A stretch of 64,000 nucleotides of DNA, from NCBI RefSeq assembly GCF_032191835.1, contig NC_083226.1:132308001-132372000 (forward strand), given 5' to 3'. Below, piece after piece: positions 1 through 13,440 of the stretch. Positions within the stretch are counted from its first letter, which is position 1; every line of letters starts with the position of its first letter. A model generated the notes under the pieces. It was not told the DNA's origin. It made no database searches and saw only the letters and a list, made by a program, of their open reading frames with translations. This stretch comes from Heteronotia binoei (taxonomy: Eukaryota). The position numbers and the translations under genes are program-made.

Positions 1-426
1 TTTTGCACTCATCCTCTAATCTTGGACACCAGAATGGGACATGAGACAAATCAGCGAACTCTTTCACCTGTATGGAATCCCATTTAAATGGTCTTCTGAA
101 ACTGCAAGTAGTAGAAGGTGTGGCTTAGTGAAAATCTTTCTATATTCATAACTAATTACATCATAAAAGTACCCTGGAAAAGTCAAGGGAGAAGGAAGTA
201 ACTGCCTGCAAAAGAGGAGTATTTTCATGATGCCTACTGATCCTACATTGGTTTGAACACTGTGTTCTAATAATCTGTCTTACTAAAAGTTTGGCTACTC
301 ATGTATTCTTCTGATAATCAAAGGGTAGCCACTAATCTCAATACAAAACCATGCCATGAGTTAGCCTTTATCTCAGCTTATGTCAAAATTAGAATTTGGC
401 AACTCTTTACCAACATTAAGTCTTAC

Positions 427-748
427 CAAAGCTGTTCTGTCGGCTGCAGGTTGCAAATACATTCACTCCAGACTTTTTGATTGATATGTCATTCAAACAA
501 TTACATCTTGAGCAACGAAAAACTGCTGTATCATGTTCTTCCCCTTTGTTTGGCAGCATAAAAAAACGGACATTTTTTCTTGCTGAGCCTTTTCGGGGCC
601 TGACAGGGTGCGCATTTACACCTTCTTGTTCATAAATATCATTCTGTCTTCTAACAAGTCCATTTCCCAGATCTCCACATGCCATGTCATCATCATCACC
701 TTCTGAAGCCTCTTCTGGATGGTTCTGTAATAAGATTGCTTCACTCAT
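427..748 (-). CDS. CCDC125: Coiled-coil domain-containing protein 125, first coding exon (gene continues beyond window start)
   Basis: ORF MSEAILL...DDDDMACGDLGNGLVRRQNDIYE...PNKGEEHDTAVFRCSR resembles the recalled human N-terminus (EEDDMTEGDLGYGLGRKPGGIYE...PRKGEERNEASFQYSK). Minus-strand donor TTTG|GTAAGA at 426/425 and acceptor TAG at 790-788. Synteny with AK6-RAD17-MARVELD2 fits. Confidence 0.85.
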
Positions 749-2624
749 TGGTAATGCAAATAGCTTCTTGTTTCTCGATGGATATGCCTATTTCCCCCAA
801 AAAAGTGTATTGAGAAAGCTGTGCTGAAAAACACAGTCATAATAATTAATATCAAGATAAATATATTTTAGTATTTTCTAGCATCTGAGACATCAGTAAA
901 AACTTCATTTCACATACCTAAGTAATCTTGTAGATAAGAAACCTGGTGACATCAATCATCCACAAGATTTAAGAATGTGAAACAACTATCATCAAAATTA
1001 AGCCAACATTAAGCACACATTTGTTTCAAATTAACAGAAAGGAAAATTTATTGCAAAGTAAGATCCCAAGAACATACAAGCATATTAGTGCAATCTTGTG
1101 CCTTGCTAGCAGAAACACACTTAGCCACAAAGTTTACTTTAAATGTAAAAAGAAAAGCAGTATTGTTTAGATTAGAACCCATCCCTTACAGAGTTTATAT
1201 CAAGATTTTTGTCAAACCAAAATCTGATGCAAATCATTCGCATATTATGGCTGCCCTTTCAAAGAAAATGAATATTTATAAATGTTTGATTAGCAAACAA
1301 TATCAACAGGAAACCAATATCTGCATTGTCTGAACACAGAAAAAAGGCCCTAGTATGAAATATATATATATTTAAAAATTACACATCAGCAACACTGAGG
1401 TATCACCTAAATTGCAAGAAGTGATAGCAGTTTATATAAAGACTGTATTAAAAATTCATGCCATTTAGAATTTGTTCACAAAAAATCTAATCTTTAATAG
1501 ACTCTACTGCAAACATTCACTTTATTAGTTTCAGTGTAACACTTAAGAACACAGTTCCAAAGATTATTCATTGAAGCAATATCAACTGTACTTCCCCTTT
1601 CCAATGCATATTTATCATGCAAAATAGGGATATTTTTGCTGTAAGCAGCAGAGTAATACTCATTTTGGTACTTTTTTATTCTTAATAATTCAAAATATTG
1701 TATAACAGGCTTTTAAAAGAGCTTATAAAATGGAAACAAAAAATATCTAATTGCCACATATAGCAGCTATTATACATACATACACAGTTCTGTAGGGAAC
1801 ATGATAAGCTTAATAGTTTTATACCTCAGAAATGAATTCAGAATCTTCAGATCTATTATTAAACCACATGTAAAGTTTTGTACAAATATTGATTATGCAG
1901 TATTTACATTTGCACACTCTCTACAAACCATGGTCAAACATGTTAACAGTCTTAGTAGTAAATTTGCATTATATCTGTTGAAGGATCTATGTATTTCTAC
2001 TAGGTAAAAACAGATAACCCTTCCTTTCAATTTTTTTCCTCTGGGTAATAAGGGGGAAGGACACACAATTCCCAATCCACCTGGTAGCTTCTTTCACGAG
2101 CTATCCAATCCTCCCAAACAATGGGAAGTTAATGCCAATTTATAGTTAATTATTCTAGAAGAAGTAAAGGTTATGTAAGGGAAACAAATTTCTTTTTCCT
2201 TATTAATGCAAACATCACTTTATGAAAATCAAGGTAATGAATAACTTATTGACTGAATGTACACATAAACATTAATAACAAGTTATTCTCCACACCACAA
2301 TTACAGCTAACTCCGTACATCTTACGTATATCTACTGTACAGGCGTATGACGCGATAGAAACAGCAAACAGAAAGTTACACGCCTATCAGCACAAAGATT
2401 TACTTGCTATTCATCGCTCGTAAGAGTAATACATTCTTATTTTTAAACATCCAAAACAAAATCCTTTATATTTGCGTGTGAGGTAGTATAACAGCACAGA
2501 TGGATGAAAACTTCTCTCGTAGCATTTGGTGAGGAATCGTAGATACTTACTGCCCTGTTAAAATACTCTGGGGATTCCCTTGCCACAACTACTTGAACGT
2601 CTCACGAACAAACAATACCTGATC

Positions 2625-2762
2625 CCCTCGTCTGATGAAGTGTGCTTAGAGAGCACACGAAAGCTTACGTTCTGAATAAAACTTGGTTGGTCTTAAAGGT
2701 GCAACTTGACTTCTACTTTGTTCAACTGCTTCAGACCAACACGGCTGCTCACCTGGATCTAT
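2625..2762 (+). mobile_element. Penelope-like element pseudo-LTR fragment carrying a hammerhead motif
   Basis: Hammerhead core followed by AATAAA and TTGGTTGGTCTTAAAGGTGC. Related tails occur reversed at about 15340, 30410 and 43040. Confidence 0.7.
2629..2669 (+). ncRNA. Minimal type I hammerhead ribozyme motif, intact core
   Basis: CGT-CTGATGA-A-GTGTGCT(TAGAG)AGCACAC-GAAA-GCTT-ACG: all core nucleotides present, 7-bp stem II, palindromic AGCT stem III, 3-bp stem I CGT/ACG. Confidence 0.8.
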
Positions 2763-2949
2763 CTACCAAGGAACTAATCCTTTTAACCATGCCATACATT
2801 TCTTCTAATGGGGATCGCCTCTTCGACAGGAGCAATTCTAATCCAACGCAGCTATCATCACTATCCTGCAGCTATGGATTTTCATTGTGCAACCAATTTT
2901 AAAGGCATTGCAAGCAGATAAAAGACAAAGAGCCAGCAAGTAAGGCCCC

Positions 2950-3560
2950 GATGAAAAACCTCTCAGACAATGTACAGGATGCCCCACTCTCCCAGATTGC
3001 CCCACCCCACAGAGACCTCTCACAGACTTGTTCCAACTACACCCTGCACATTGTCAGGGTTTTACGGAACTCAGACCCTTGGCCCCGCCGCCCGCCCCCC
3101 CCCCCCGACTTACAGTCTCTGCTCATAAGAAGCCACGTCCGCCAACGACAAGCTTTCCCCTCCTCCCACCCAGATGGCTCACGCGACTGCCACCGCTTCC
3201 TCTTTTATTAGTCCAGCAGCTCCTGTTTGCCGAGCCCGTCAGTCTGAATCCCTCCCTCGAGGGCAGGGCTTCACCTTTGCGCCCATCTGCCTGTCCCCAA
3301 GCCCGCCTTTTCCGTAGTTAGAGTAAAGAAACGTAACCATTGTTTACCTGGCCACCGGTTTGTCCTGAACGAATTCTCCCCCTCACACTGCACCGCCAAG
3401 AGACAGTAAAAGCAGAGGGAAAACACATTCACCTAGACTTGTCCTCTTGACTAGCCCTGCCCTTGCTTCAGGGTTCTCTTAAAATCAGTCAGGGAAACGG
3501 GGCAAGAACGACGGGACAATTACTTCCAAAGCTGGTAAAGATCGCTTATTTATATCCAAA
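2950..3560 (-). promoter_or_regulatory. CpG-rich putative promoter and non-coding first exon region of CCDC125
   Basis: Local GC/CpG rise with GC boxes (CCGCCC near 3090). Candidate minus-strand donors CCAG|GTAAAC (3347) and CTAG|GTGAAT (3432). Confidence 0.5.
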
Positions 3561-4094
3561 CAGCAAATGCTAGCTGATATCGTTACGGCACTTTCTGCAT
3601 TGTTTTTCTGGATAGTTCTGGGAGATCAAGTCAGCTTTGCAACTGATATTCCATAATAGATGTGGTGAGGCTTAAAATTCTCTGTAACTGAAGAGGTTTC
3701 CTAGATGTTAATTCCTCCCTTTCTTTGAGGAGCTCATAGTAATACACAAGGTTCTCCCCTATTCATTCATTTTATTGTTGTAACATCTCTATGAGGTACT
3801 TTAGGCAGAGGGAAACTAGCCCAAGCCACCCACAAAACTTCAGCATAATAAGGGTTTGATACTGATTCCCCCAGACTGATTTATTAGAAACTATAGTCAG
3901 CGGATTGCACCTTAGGAAGCTTATAGGCTATAAAATGAAGTGCTTTATCTCTAGTCCACCTCTTGCTCAGTGACTTTTGCTCCACAAGCTTTCTGCCAAG
4001 GAGATGATTTATACCAAGAAATTAGGTAACAGAATGGTAAGGTAGAAGGGACCACACCACTTAAAAAGTGCAAGGGAATATATACAACTACATT

Positions 4095-4193
4095 AAGGAT
4101 GCAATCCTAAAAACACTCTCCTGAAAGGCAAGCACCACTTTATAAATCAAAACTTACTTCAAAGTAGATGTGCTTGGGATTATACTTCAAGAT
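4095..4193. repeat. Short (~90 bp) palindromic MITE-like repeat
   Basis: Imperfect terminal inversion TGCAATCCTAA...TTGGGATTATA. Similar copies at 11887-11977 and 63728-63815. Confidence 0.45.
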
Positions 4194-4589
4194 TTAAATA
4201 ATCTTGACTATACTCCAGAAAGGAATTGCTCTCAGGTGCACAGCAAGTCTCAGGTACATAAGCAAATGGCCAAACTTGTTTAACATAAGAGTCACATAGA
4301 ATAAACGTCAGATGTCTGAGGGCCACAAGACATGAATGTCAGATGCTTGAGAGCCACAAGACAGGAAGGGTGGGAGTGAGGCAAATAGATGGGGGAGGGA
4401 GAGGTGGAAAGAAACAAAATTTAAATGCCTTTTCCAAGCCAGCTGACAGGGTAGTGGGGGCTTTGAGAACCACACAATATCTGTGAAAGAGCTATGTGGC
4501 CTCCCTCCCAAGCTGCAGTTTGGCCAACTGTTATATATTACCTTAAATTAGAATAAAATGTTTCTTAAGCAATTACATGTACAAGGTCT

Positions 4590-6575
4590 AGGGTTCAGTG
4601 GCAGAGCATCTGCTTTGCATACAGAAGGTTCTAGGTTCAATACTCAATTTAAATAATAATAATAATTATTATTATTTTATTTCTATCCCGCCCTCCCCGC
4701 CGAAGCAGGCTCAGGGCGGCTCACAACATAAAATGCACTGTACATCAGTTATACTTATAAAAACATGGTTAAAACAAATTATAGATTATTAAAATTAACA
4801 TTTAACAATGTGGCGTTATAAACATTAGATCTTCAGTGGAATTCAGTGACTAAAAGCATTTTCAGCAGCATTTCCTAGCTTTGTCACTAGTTGAAGGCCA
4901 TCTTGAAAAGGTGGGTCTTACAGGCCCTACGGAATTGATCTAAGCATCGTAGGGCCCGCACCTCCTCAGGGAGTTGATTCCACAGCAGTGGAGCTGCGAC
5001 AGAGAAGGCCCGATCCCGGGTGGCCTTCAATCTGGCCTCCCTTGGCCCAGGGACATTCAGCTGGTTTTTTCCAGCTGACCTCAGTGCTCTCTGGGGCTCA
5101 TATGGGGAGAGACGGTCCCTCAGGTAGGTAGGTCCTCGGCCATATAGGGCTTTAAAGGTGATGACCAGCACTTTATAGCGAACTCGGTATGCCACTGGCA
5201 GCCAGTGCAGTCCGCGTAGCCCCGGCTGTATGTGCTCCCACCTTGGGAGCCCAGCAACAGCCTAGCCGCCGCATTCTGCACCAGCTGCAGCCGCCGAGTT
5301 CGGCACAAGGGCAGCCCCATGTAGAGGGCGTTGCAGTAGTCCAGTCTCGAGGTGACCGTAGCATGGATCACCATTGCTAGGTCACGGCGCTCCGGGAAGG
5401 GGGCCAACTGCTTCGCCCGTCAAAGATGAAAGAACGCGGACTTGGCAGCGGCCACTATCTGTGCCTCCATTGATAATGAAGGCTCCAGAAGAACCCCCAG
5501 GCTCTTGACCTTATGGGCTGCTTTCAGCAGCACACCGTCAAAGACCGGCAAGGGGATTTCCCTTCCCAGGGCACCGCGACCCAAGCAAAGGACCTCTGTC
5601 TTCGTTGGATTCAACTTCAGCCCGCTCAGTCTGAGCCAACCTGCCACGGCTTGCAGTGCTAGGTCCAGGTTTTCTGGGACGGAGCCAGGCCGGCCGTCCA
5701 TTAGTAGATAGAGCTGGGTGTCATCAGCATATTGATGGCACCCAAGCCCAAACCTCCGGGCAATCTGGGCAAGGGGGCGCATATAGATGTTAAACAACAT
5801 CGGGGAGAGAACTGCCCCTTGTGGCACCCCGCACACTAGTGGATGCCTCCGGGACCGCTCTCCCCCAATGGCCACCCTTTGTCCCCGTCCATCAAGGAAG
5901 GAGGAAAGCCACTGTAAGGCCAATCCCCCAATCCCTGCGTCGGCGAGCCGGTGGGCCAGTAGCTGATGATCGACCGTATCAAATGCAGCCGACAGATCCA
6001 ACAGTATCAGCACCACCACGCCGCCTCGATCCAGATGCCATTGGAGGTCATCCACCAAGGCGACCAGCACTGTCTCCGTCCCATAACCCGGATGAAAGCC
6101 GGACTGGTGGGAGTCTAAGGCGGAAGTGTCATCCAAAAAACTCTGCAACTGTGACGCCACTGCCCTCTCTATAACCTTACCTAAGAATGGTAGGTTTGAG
6201 ACCGGTCGATAGTTTGCCAATTCGGCCGGATCTGCTGTACTCTTTTTTTAGGAGAGGGCGGACCATGGCCTCTTTCAAAGATGTTGGAAATTGCCCTTCC
6301 AAGAGGGATCTATTTATGATATCCCGCACAGGATATCTAAGCTCCCTCTGGCAAGATTTAATTAGCCAGGAGGGGCATGGGTCAAGGTCGCAAGTTGTAG
6401 GACGTACAGTTGAGAGGATTTCGTCGACTTCCCCAAGACTAAGCGCGTCGAAGTGATCCAAGATAACATCAGAAGACAGGCACGGAGCCCCGGTAGTATG
6501 TGATAAGGTAGTATGTGATAAGAAAAACTGCAAACTAAGACTCCAAAGAGCCACTGCCAGCCAGAGTAGTCTCAT
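4590..6575 (+). mobile_element. tRNA(Ala-like)-derived SINE split by an L2 insertion (head 4590-4648, body 6507-6575)
   Basis: Head has A-box/B-box-like GTGGCAGAGC...GGTTCAATACT. Body GAGCCACTGCCAGCCAGAGTAG matches the contiguous reversed copy at 54075-54292. Confidence 0.65.
4650..6506 (-). mobile_element. L2-type LINE, 5'-truncated, reverse transcriptase with frameshifts
   Basis: ORFs 6177-6707, 5420-6220, 5120-5407 and 4887-5195 give YRPVSNLPFLGKVIE, LLDLSAAFDTVDH, GVPQGAVLSPMLF and QYADDTQLY. The 3' tail ends in GGGCGGGATAGAAATAAAAT(AAT)n. CpGs are retained. Confidence 0.9.
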
Positions 6576-8807
6576 GACACTTTCATCAGCCACAATCACC
6601 ATGAGAACTGAACTTAACGATATCTTACCAAAGCAAGTGTCGGAAGAAACACATGGGTGACTGGAAGAGTTTGTAATGAACATCTGTCCCCTCTTTGTGC
6701 TCAACATGTCCCACTACCAAGGCTGAGGAGAGCAAAGCCAGGAGGTGCAGTAAATGTCATCAGCCTGTGTTCCTTTAACACCATCGCCAGCACCTGGTAT
6801 CTCAATAACAGACTGCTTGGAGACCAGGCTAATCTCTTTCTGCTTCCAAAACTAGCAGACCACTAAGAAAATACACTTAGATATATTTAAAAAAACTTTT
6901 ATCCTTACAACAATATTGTCCACCTACCAGCTTATTAACCACTCTGAAAACCACTATATATATTAAATTATCAAAATTGTTCTGGGATTGTTTTCTTATT
7001 TATATACTAAGGCAAGGAGTGTCATATCTCTGTACAGAATTTTGCCTAGAAAGTTGGATACATAAATAAGTACAGGATATTACAGGACATGCCGCCTTTT
7101 ACTGCATGAAGTCACTGCAGGGATAGACGACAACGTGCAATTACAACACTAGATCATCTAGCATTGTACCCTACTCTGAAATCACAGGGTCAAGAGATAA
7201 TGCACTGTGGTTTCCATGACAGGAGCATTCAAGACATGCAGTCTGAACTGAATGTGTCTTGCCGGATGCATTCCCAACTTACATGAGGAACAGTCTACTT
7301 CAATTTTTATGACCTCATTGTATTTTAAAACAATCCCTTGAAAACAAATTCCAGAGACTTCTTAAAAAAAAAAAAAGGTACAGAAGCTAATGTAATTTTG
7401 CAATTCGCAACATATTTTTCCTGGTTCAGGTGCTGTTGCATTTTATACAGAAACTTTTTTTAAAGATGTCAGAACTACTGGAAACAATTTTTTACAAGAA
7501 GAAAAATGCAGCTGTTTTCTAACACAAACTTTAAAAGGTTAATATAAACTGAGTTTTCCTAAATGAAAATCGTAAGATGCACTTCAAAACATACAGACAA
7601 GAATTAAATATTATTGTGTAAAGAAACTACACAGCCAATTTGAATTTAGTTTTTACAAGAAAGACTACAAATAAAACACATCATTTCTGTGTAAACAAAC
7701 CTTAAGACATACTTATATTTTGTCATATATGTGAGAAGCTGCATTCAAACTGGGGTTTCTTATTACATAAAACAGGTATATTAATACACCATATAGAATG
7801 ACAAGCACGTGGAAAAATACAATTTCCTTGAAGAAGTGATGTCTATGCAAGAAACCTGATTCATGAGGATCAGTTCTAAAACTTTCAGAACTTTAGGTTG
7901 TATTGTCCAAAGCTTCTCTGCTAGCCTTGAGGAGGATAAATCTACATTCAGGCAATAGCAAATAACTTCACCAAGCAAATATCTAGACTGATACAAGCAA
8001 TACCAACAACCGGTTTCTTATTTACTGCATTTATACAGGAAGAACATCCAAAGGTATTCTCCTGTTGCTAAATTCTGCAAAATACCACTAATGTTTCAGC
8101 ACCACAGAGGTCTGTTGATGAATAACACCAATGTGTAAAAAGAAAAAAGAGGGGGGGGGGATGAATGCTTCCATCTTTTTCTGACAGTAGAAAGTTGGCT
8201 AGGATCTACTTTTATGATTTATAAAACACAAAAATCCATTAAAGGTAAAAAATTAATTCAGTAAAAATTATCAGGATAACTTCTTCATAAGGTTTAAGTC
8301 GTGTGGTCCCCACTATTTTAAGCACGCTGATAAAAAAGTCAAGTTTTTTTGTGTTTTTTTTTAAAAAGATGCATACAGGGACAGAAATGTTGGCAGCTTC
8401 TAATTCAGAGAACTCAGTCAGGATTTGTTTAATCAGTTTTTTTACCCAAAACTGTCTTCAAGCATTCTTAATAGTGCAATATTATTGAGTTTATTCCAGC
8501 CTAAGCATATTAAAATAAAAAAATATATAAAAAAATAAAAATAAAATCAGTGGGCTTTGACATTAATAGGATTATACTATGAATGTTTGACCTCCAAAGT
8601 ACTATAACTTATGACTTCCAATGAAAGTGCAACACGAGTCTGAAAGTACAACATGAGTCTGTTGGGCCTCAGAAATCCATAATTTTCTTATTTTCTCAGA
8701 CAGTTAGCTATTATCATTTCGCCAATGACTGAAGCATTAGTTAATTTACCTACACAAAACCAAATCTTATTTCATAAGGTTTTTTTGAAGATTATTCTTA
8801 ATAATTT

Positions 8808-9053
<246 letters not shown>

Positions 9054-10039
9054 TCAGTAAGTGTCACAGATCTAGCAAAAAAGAACAAGCAGCAGTTGCT
9101 GAGCTTGGCTGGCAACATCAGCTGAACACTTCTGCAGACTACAATTGGCAACCAGCAAGTTTCAGTAAAATACAGTTCAATACTTGATATTCTTGTCAAA
9201 GAATACGTCTATACAATAAGTCAGTACAATCCTGAAGTAGAAGTTCAGAAGCTCATTTGATTTATATGAAGATGCAAGGAATACATTAAATGGACATTGT
9301 CCAGGTGAAAGGAGTAGCAGGAAAACGAGCACACACTTGATCAAGAAGAGAATAAATGTATAATTCAAAGACATGGTTTATTAATTAACAGCCAAAAGAC
9401 AATTATGTCCATGCCGAATCTACAATAGTTATTTCTTCTTATGCCAATAAAGGTAACTGAACTGAACTATAAACTGCTGTAATCACTGGAAACAATAAAA
9501 ATTGGTTAACATACTACACACATAACTACAGTGGATTTATCTGAGAATATACAGAAAATCTTGTAACATCCTGGAGTTTATAAGAATGTAAAGCCAATTA
9601 AATAAGGCAGCTAGGCAATAACAGAGAAAATTTAGATATGAAATAGTCTTTTAAAAACTCATGAGAAGTCTGCATTAAAAATAGGGCTTTTTCAATATTG
9701 AAGGTCCTCACCTTGTGTACCTAGGGTAAGCTGATTCATGAAAAACATTTATGTAGAATTTTTAAAATGTATGTAGAATTAAACTGTTAGAATTTTTATG
9801 TTGAATATTTTACAAGTGTGCCTATAACAGTGCTGTGCTATACCTGAAAAGAATCTAGAATCATTGTCAGGGTTCACCTTATGCCAATATGTTAATAACA
9901 ATGTATCTGGAAGCTGAATAACTTCTTAAGAAGTCTATAGCGTCTTAAGAACAATGCTTAACGCTGGTTAATTGGACAGAATACCATTGGGTGTAACGTA
10001 AGAACCCACAGCACAGAATTCCATTTACCACACCATTTA

Positions 10040-10186
<147 letters not shown>

Positions 10187-10240
10187 CTAAAGGGGAAAAA
10201 CATCAGATGAAGAAATTCTAAAAACATATTTTGGAATTTA

Positions 10241-10372
<132 letters not shown>

Positions 10373-11029
10373 TCATTAAAAACAGCTTTGGAACAAAGAA
10401 CTTGTTCAGGCTCAATATGCTCTCCAAGAAGCACATTCTGTGCATTTTTACTCAGAAGTGAGTCCCACTTAGTTTTTTTTATTTCTTTATTTTATTATTT
10501 AGACTTTTAGGCTCAGCAAGGCTTACATCAGAGTAAAAACACAACGATCTAAACAATATGAATTAAACATTAAAACACACTACAGTTCCAGATGACAAAT
10601 AAATTGAATTAAGATTGCAGCCGAGAGTGCCATATTGCTTGCTGTCCTGTCGCTGTCCTCATCCAAAGGCCTGGTGGAACATTCTCTGCCTTACATGCCC
10701 TGCAAAAAGGTAGCAAATCCTGCAGGGCACGATGTTATCTGGCAGAGTTCTACTAGGCAGTGGCCAGGGCAGAGAAGGACTAAATAGGACTAACTCTAAC
10801 TCAAGCGTATATAGGATTTTAACAAATTTTGTTTCATGAATTAACATCAAATGACACAGAGGTAGCTTTTCAATAAACAGTGGTTTACTTCCACAGTAAC
10901 TTTAGCAGTAGAGAACTTGGCATTTTTAACATTCATACCTCCTAACATAGCAGTTATTAAAAGGCAGTTTTTATTAAAGGAACATAATTAACGCAGCACG
11001 TTCTCTATATATAATTCAGATTACATTTA

Positions 11030-11251
<222 letters not shown>

Positions 11252-11293
11252 TTATATTACGGAATCAGAGAATTGATCCCCTTTTCTTCTTAC

Positions 11294-11321
11294 CAGTAAG
11301 CAAAATATTAGGTCTCCTCAT
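11294..11321 (-). CDS. AK6: Adenylate kinase 6, exon 1 (28 nt coding)
   Basis: ATG AGG AGA CCT AAT ATT TTG CTT ACT G|GTAAG gives MRRPNILLT. The five exons sum to 516 nt, or 171 aa plus stop. Confidence 0.93.
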
Positions 11322-11660
11322 AGTCACTTCGCCGACTCTACCCCAGTCCAGAAAGTTGTCACAGAGAAAGCACGTGCGACTTCTGAGAGGGCCTTCGCCA
11401 ACCCTGCTGAGACAGGCGCGTAGTAAGGACGTCACCAGTCTTCGCTCTTCTTTCTCCCTTCCGCTCGTAGGCACGGGCTGTGAATTGAGATTTACTTACG
11501 TGGTTGTTTGTTTTTTCGGCGAGCGGGGGGGAATTCCATTAAGTTTTTTTTCGGTGACCTTTGGGCGATTTCGGGGGGACTGAATTAAAGAGTGGATATG
11601 ATATTTATTACGGGCGGCTCGTGAAACCCTAAGGGCCGAGGTGTAAAGGAGGTCCCACTC
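11322..11660. promoter_or_regulatory. CpG-rich bidirectional promoter between AK6 (-) and RAD17 (+)
   Basis: CpG-dense stretch directly upstream of the AK6 ATG, with E-box CACGTG (11371-11376) and CRE-like GACGTCA (11428-11434). Head-to-head gene arrangement. Confidence 0.7.
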
Positions 11661-11886
11661 CTTGGAGAATCCTGAATGGCCTAAAACAGGAGGGGAAATA
11701 AAAGGTATTTTCCATTATAACTTAACATAACAGAAGGGTTAGGCCACAGCTGTAGCGTAGGAGAGAAACGCGGATAGCATCAAGGGAGCAGCGCTTGCAA
11801 GCTGTTGGATCATCGCACAGATAGAGCCACTCCGCTTTGGTCGCTAGCAGATTTTCTCCCACACCCAGACTGTCATAATTTATGCG

Positions 11887-11977
11887 CAGTGTAATCCTAA
11901 ACATATTCACTAAGCATATTTATCCACTGGGCCCTAATGGAGCTTGCACACCTAGAAGGCATGCTTAGCATTGCAGC
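11887..11977. repeat. Short palindromic MITE-like repeat
   Basis: GTGTAATCCTAAACAT ... ATGCTTAGCATTGCAG imperfect terminal inversion. Confidence 0.45.
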
Positions 11978-12803
11978 CACAGTCTCCTTTCTTCGCAAAG
12001 TGCTTGTTACCTTCCCTCGTGTTTATAAAAGAGAAAGGCGCTCCTTAGAAAGACCAGTCACTTTCCCCCAATGTCGTAAATTCTCTCCGTACTTCCTTCC
12101 CCCCCGCCGCGGACGGGCTGGACGATTCTGAAACAATATTTGTGTTCCATTATTTTAAACATGTTTTGCAGAACTGGGGTGTGCTTAAATTTTGTGTAAT
12201 CTGTAGTGAAGGTATTATAATTCTTTGTTTTGTTTTAATTTTGTTACACTTCTATCTGTAAATGTGCAAATTGCCCCAAATTTATTTTGCCTCTCTACAG
12301 TTTCTTAGAAATTGTCATATTTGCTAGCAATATTTAGTGGGTAAAAAGTTTCTGTGGTTATGTGAAGAGCTCCAAAGGGACTTCCACAAACTGGGTGAGT
12401 GGGTGATATTGCGGCAAATGAAGTCCAGTGTTAGTAATGCACTTCAGGGAAAATCCCCCCCCCCCCAACTTCAAATATAGGCTAATAAAGTCTGAACTTG
12501 CTGAAACTGTGAGGGGGAAAGATCTTGGGGTAGTAATGGATAACTCAATGGAAGTGTCAACTCAGTGTGCTGCATGTGAATAAGGCAAACTCGACGTTAG
12601 AGATTATCAGGAAAGGGACTGAGAATAAAACAGCCAATATTGTAATGCCCCTCTATAGATTTATGGTGCGGCCTCATTTGAAATACCGTGTACAGGTCTG
12701 GTCCCCCTATCTCAAAAAAGACATTGCAGAGGTGGAAGAAGTGCAAAGGAGGGCAACCAAGATGATTTGGGGGTTTGGAGCACTTTCCTATGAGAAAAGG
12801 TCG

Positions 12804-13440
12804 CAGCGGTGTCAAACTCATTTGTTATGAGGGCTGGCTCTGACACAAATGAGGCTTTGTTCAGCTGGGCCATGCTGGGCCAGGCCATGTGTGCACCTAT
12901 TCAAGATTAGGTAGCAGCAGATCTTGAATTCAGCAGGAGCTCACAGGAGCAGAGCTCCTGAACCTTTCTGATGGTTCCCCCCCTCCTCCCCACCTTGTCC
13001 ATTTAATAGTTGGTGCAGCTGCATAACAATCCCTGGATGAGCTCCACCACCTATTTTTCTACAAAACGACCTCTGGGTAGCGGAGATATACATTTTATAA
13101 AGAACACAGACAAACACAAATATGTTTTTTTTTAAACTTAAAACATGCTTAAAATGTTAGCACTCATTGGTATTAAAGATGCTTTCTTTATATTTCTCCC
13201 ATGGGATCCAGGGAATTGGGCAAAGGAAGCTCTGGCTTTTCCTTCCCCAGGGGACTGGGGGAGGGAGGAGGAGCCTCAGCCAATGGAGAGAATCGAGGTT
13301 TTGCTCTGTAGCTCCTGTGCAATTGAGCAAGCTGTTATGTGGAAGGAAGCAACATATAGGGAGAAGGAAGCAGATGATAGCCTGATAGGAGCCCTCTGGG
13401 GACCTGATTCGGCCCCCAAACTGCATGTTTGACTCCCCTG
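12804..13440. mobile_element. Non-autonomous hAT-type DNA transposon (MITE)
   Basis: Terminal inverted repeats CAGCGGTGTCAAAC / GTTTGACTCCCCTG. Same family as 45658-46076, in opposite orientation. Confidence 0.75.
12918..13075. mobile_element. Small MITE nested in the hAT MITE
   Basis: Flanked by 8-bp duplication GGTAGCAG (12910-12917) / GGTAGCGG (13076-13083). Absent from the sister copy near 45960. Confidence 0.7.

Noticed and set aside
1088-2075. Short ORFs in AT-rich DNA (and similar ones throughout the introns)
   Set aside because: No homology, many start at non-ATG codons, and no consistent splice context.
4590-4648. Possible tRNA-Ala gene
   Set aside because: Acceptor and T stems are broken, and the sequence continues as a SINE body found elsewhere in the window.
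9712-9720. Possible 9-nt in-frame microexon in AK6 intron 4 (CTAG|GTACACAAG|GTGAGG on minus strand)
   Set aside because: Weak polypyrimidine tract and no homology support; such matches arise by chance.
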